A DNA stretch of 64,000 bases from the human T2T-CHM13v2.0 reference genome, Homo sapiens: the NCBI RefSeq assembly GCF_009914755.1, contig NC_060927.1. One strand, given 5' to 3'. The position numbers were made by a program, and so were the translations under genes. Below, in pieces: positions 61,497 to 64,000 of the stretch (positions are counted from its first letter, which is position 1; every line of letters begins with the position of its first letter). The notes below the pieces were generated by a model that saw nothing but the letters and a program-made list of their open reading frames with translations, had not been told where the DNA came from and ran no database searches.

Positions 61497-63335
61497 ATAA
61501 AAATGAGATAATGTATGTGAAAATGCTTTGTAAACTCTGTGGTTTGATGAATTTGAAAGATAGAGAAAGATTCTCAAATAAGCCATCTGGTTCAAGTTTC
61601 TTTGTATCTTTAGATTCCTCCTATGTCAGTTTCCTTGAGAAATTTTTGGGAGTTGTTAGGTTTCGGCAAGAACCATCCTTACAACACAGGTCATTAATAT
61701 CCACTTGAGGTCTGAAGAATCAGGTCTCAGAGTTAGCCCATCATTTTCCCTATCCTCAGGTAAAGCAAGCACGTCTCTAGCTGTGGTTCCTAACTCACCA
61801 CATTAGGATGACCTAGGTGGGTGAGAGGGTGGACAGAGTGCATGTTGAACATGGGGTTCCTTAGGTTCTCCCCCAGTCCTAGGGAATCAAAGGTGGGCCC
61901 AGTGACTTTCTTTTGTCTGTCTTTCTTCTATTCCAGATACATTCTGGATTATTCTAACACACACTCAAGTCTGAAAACTTCTTGATAATGGAAAATTGCT
62001 TCTAGTATTATCATTCTTGTGTGCAGAAGCAGAGCTTTTGTCTGCGCAGCCCAGAGGGTGGGCATATAATTTTCTGGAAATTTCATAGCTTGATTATTAC
62101 CTGAGCCCACATCAAATAAACCAGAATCCGTGCTCCCATGGGGACCCGTAATCTTTTAATCAAACATCTATCCCAGTTAGGAGAGTTGGAAAATAAGCAT
62201 CTCCACTCAAGGCGGAATCCCAGTTCTATTATCAGCTTGGTACCACAGGGACCCTTCCAAGAGTCACACATAAGTAAGCAAACCACCAAGAGCCTGTGCC
62301 CTGCATGCCACCACAGAGATACCTTCTGGAGTGTCAGAAGAGTGACACCAAAAACCTGAGCTATGCCAGATGTTGAGGGTTAGTGGGGGAGATCAACGGG
62401 ACCAAAGGTGGGGGGGAGGTAGAGAAGCCTTACTTCATTTTGGAGAGCCTTCCCCAAACATGAAGATCCCAATTCAGGGATCTGTGACACACCAGGCAAT
62501 CAGTGCTTCCAGATGTTTTCTGGTCTCAAAGGCAGGGCAGATGAAAAGAAGAGAAGAACATTGGAGATAGTGCCACTTCTGAGGAGAAGCTCCCTGGTTC
62601 ATCCTGCGAAAGTATTTCTTTCTCTACTCAAGAGCTTGAAGGGGGCGGGTTGTGGGGGGCAGCGAGAAAAGACTTTTCTCCTTCCAGAGAAAAATGGAGA
62701 CAGAGCAGGCATAAATGATTTCCATCATGGGGAACTGATGATTTGAGAAGATATTTGCCCTATGCAGATAATGTCAGAGGAAGTCAAAGGTATAGGGTTG
62801 TTAGAGAGGGACACAACCAGGTACTAGGAAGTATTTTTTTCAAATGCCCATTTCTTAAAGATTTCAGCAGGCTTCTGGGAATGTCTGGCACCTTCTCCAT
62901 ATAGCAAAACCAAGAGCATTTTGAGGGGATTGTTCTGGAACCCTTTCAAAGCTCCTGTTGTTGCAGACATTTGCAGATGTCTCCTCCATCTGCCAGGGAT
63001 TTTGAACACTGGGGACTGTAGCACCATGTGCTAGGAGCATGGATCCCTGTGAGCAGAGTCTAAGAGTTTGGTGTCTGATGTGCACCAAACACCACTTCCA
63101 CTTTCCCCACCCCAGTGGCCCCTGTCTTTCCACTTCTAGACTGTTCTGCTCTGCAGAGAGAGTCTAGGTGACTTTTTTGCTGGGAGAGAGGTCTCAATTT
63201 CTCCCTTTAAAAAAAACCACACAAGTTACTCTCATTTCCCTGGTTCCTTTGGAAGAAAATGTGCTGAACACTTGGTTCTCGCAAGTGGCCTCCTGCCTGC
63301 TTTTTGCACATTTAAGGGAGAAACAGAGCTTAAAT

Positions 63336-63559
63336 CAGGAGGCAGCAAACTTTGGCCTGTGGGCCAAATCCTACTGCTACCTATTTTAGTAAATAAAGTT
63401 TTATTAGAACATAGCCATACCCATTAATTTACTTGTTGACCCTAGCTACTTTTTAGCTACAAAGGCAGAGTTGAGTAGCTGCAACAGGGATTGTATGGAA
63501 TACAAAGGTGAAAGCATTTTCTATTCGGCCCCTTATGGAAAAAGTTTTCTAACTCCCTG
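63336..63559. mobile_element. MER58A
   Basis: caggaggcagcaaact...aataaagttttattagaacatagcc...gcagagttgagtagctgcaacag...ccctg; flanking cttaaat repeat. Confidence 0.85.
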
Positions 63560-63729
63560 CTTAAATAAAGGAGACAGAGCAGCTAAATAAATGGATCAAA
63601 GCTGCTGAAACATGGGTCAGAGCAGCTGAAAAATAGGAACTTCAAAAATTAAAGGAGGACAACTAGATTTCTGATCCTGAGAGCAAAAAAGCAAGAGAAA
63701 TGGCTGGTTTGCAATACATGAAGGAATAC

Positions 63730-63960
63730 ATACTGGGTACTTTTCATGTGCCTGACTACTGTGCCAAGCACTTTACATACATTCTCTCTTTTAAATTCTA
63801 CAAGTGAGGTATATTACTGTCATCATTTTACAGCTGTGAAAACTGAGGCCTGGAGATGTTGAGTCACTTGCTCTGGTCATCCAGCTGATAAGTGGTAGGG
63901 TGAGAATTGGAACACAGGGGTGACTTTAGAGCCCAAAGTCTTGACCATGAGGCTATCCTG
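63730..63960 (-). mobile_element. MIR
   Basis: gtgccaagcactttacatac...cattttacagctgtgaaaactgaggcc. Confidence 0.8.
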
Positions 63961-64000
63961 TTGACAGGCTCCATGTCATAGGAAACACGGAATGGCTGCT

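Overview
Primate genomic DNA, human or another catarrhine (AluY, L1PA3-7, THE1B). It is AT-rich and CpG-depleted, roughly half interspersed repeats. I found no convincing host protein-coding exon, tRNA/rRNA gene or CpG island, so it reads as intergenic or deep-intronic, and I cannot name the locus. The dominant structure is an 8.6-kb minus-strand LINE-1 composite (34344-42962) inside one target-site duplication (TSD). It has two tandem 5'UTR+ORF1 units (older L1PA7-like outside, younger L1PA5-like inside) but only one ORF2 and one 3' end. The best explanation is a nested insertion followed by L1-L1 recombination in ORF2. Both 5'UTRs keep an ATG-initiated antisense ORF0-like frame, and the inner one is extended to 156 aa. 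Other content: about 15 Alus (several with odd junctions), solo LTRs (THE1B with a DUX4 site, LTR47-like, LTR9-like with an octamer, MLT2D, LTR16, LTR33), a partial MLT1F provirus, four MER20s and other DNA transposons, MIR/L2 relics, an 84-bp minisatellite and several repeat-free motif-rich candidate enhancers. Subfamily names come from recalled consensus sequences and need RepeatMasker/Dfam confirmation. I do not see a demonstrably new biological system; the best leads are the L1 chimera with its ORF0s and the paired TGACGTG/ARE clusters.
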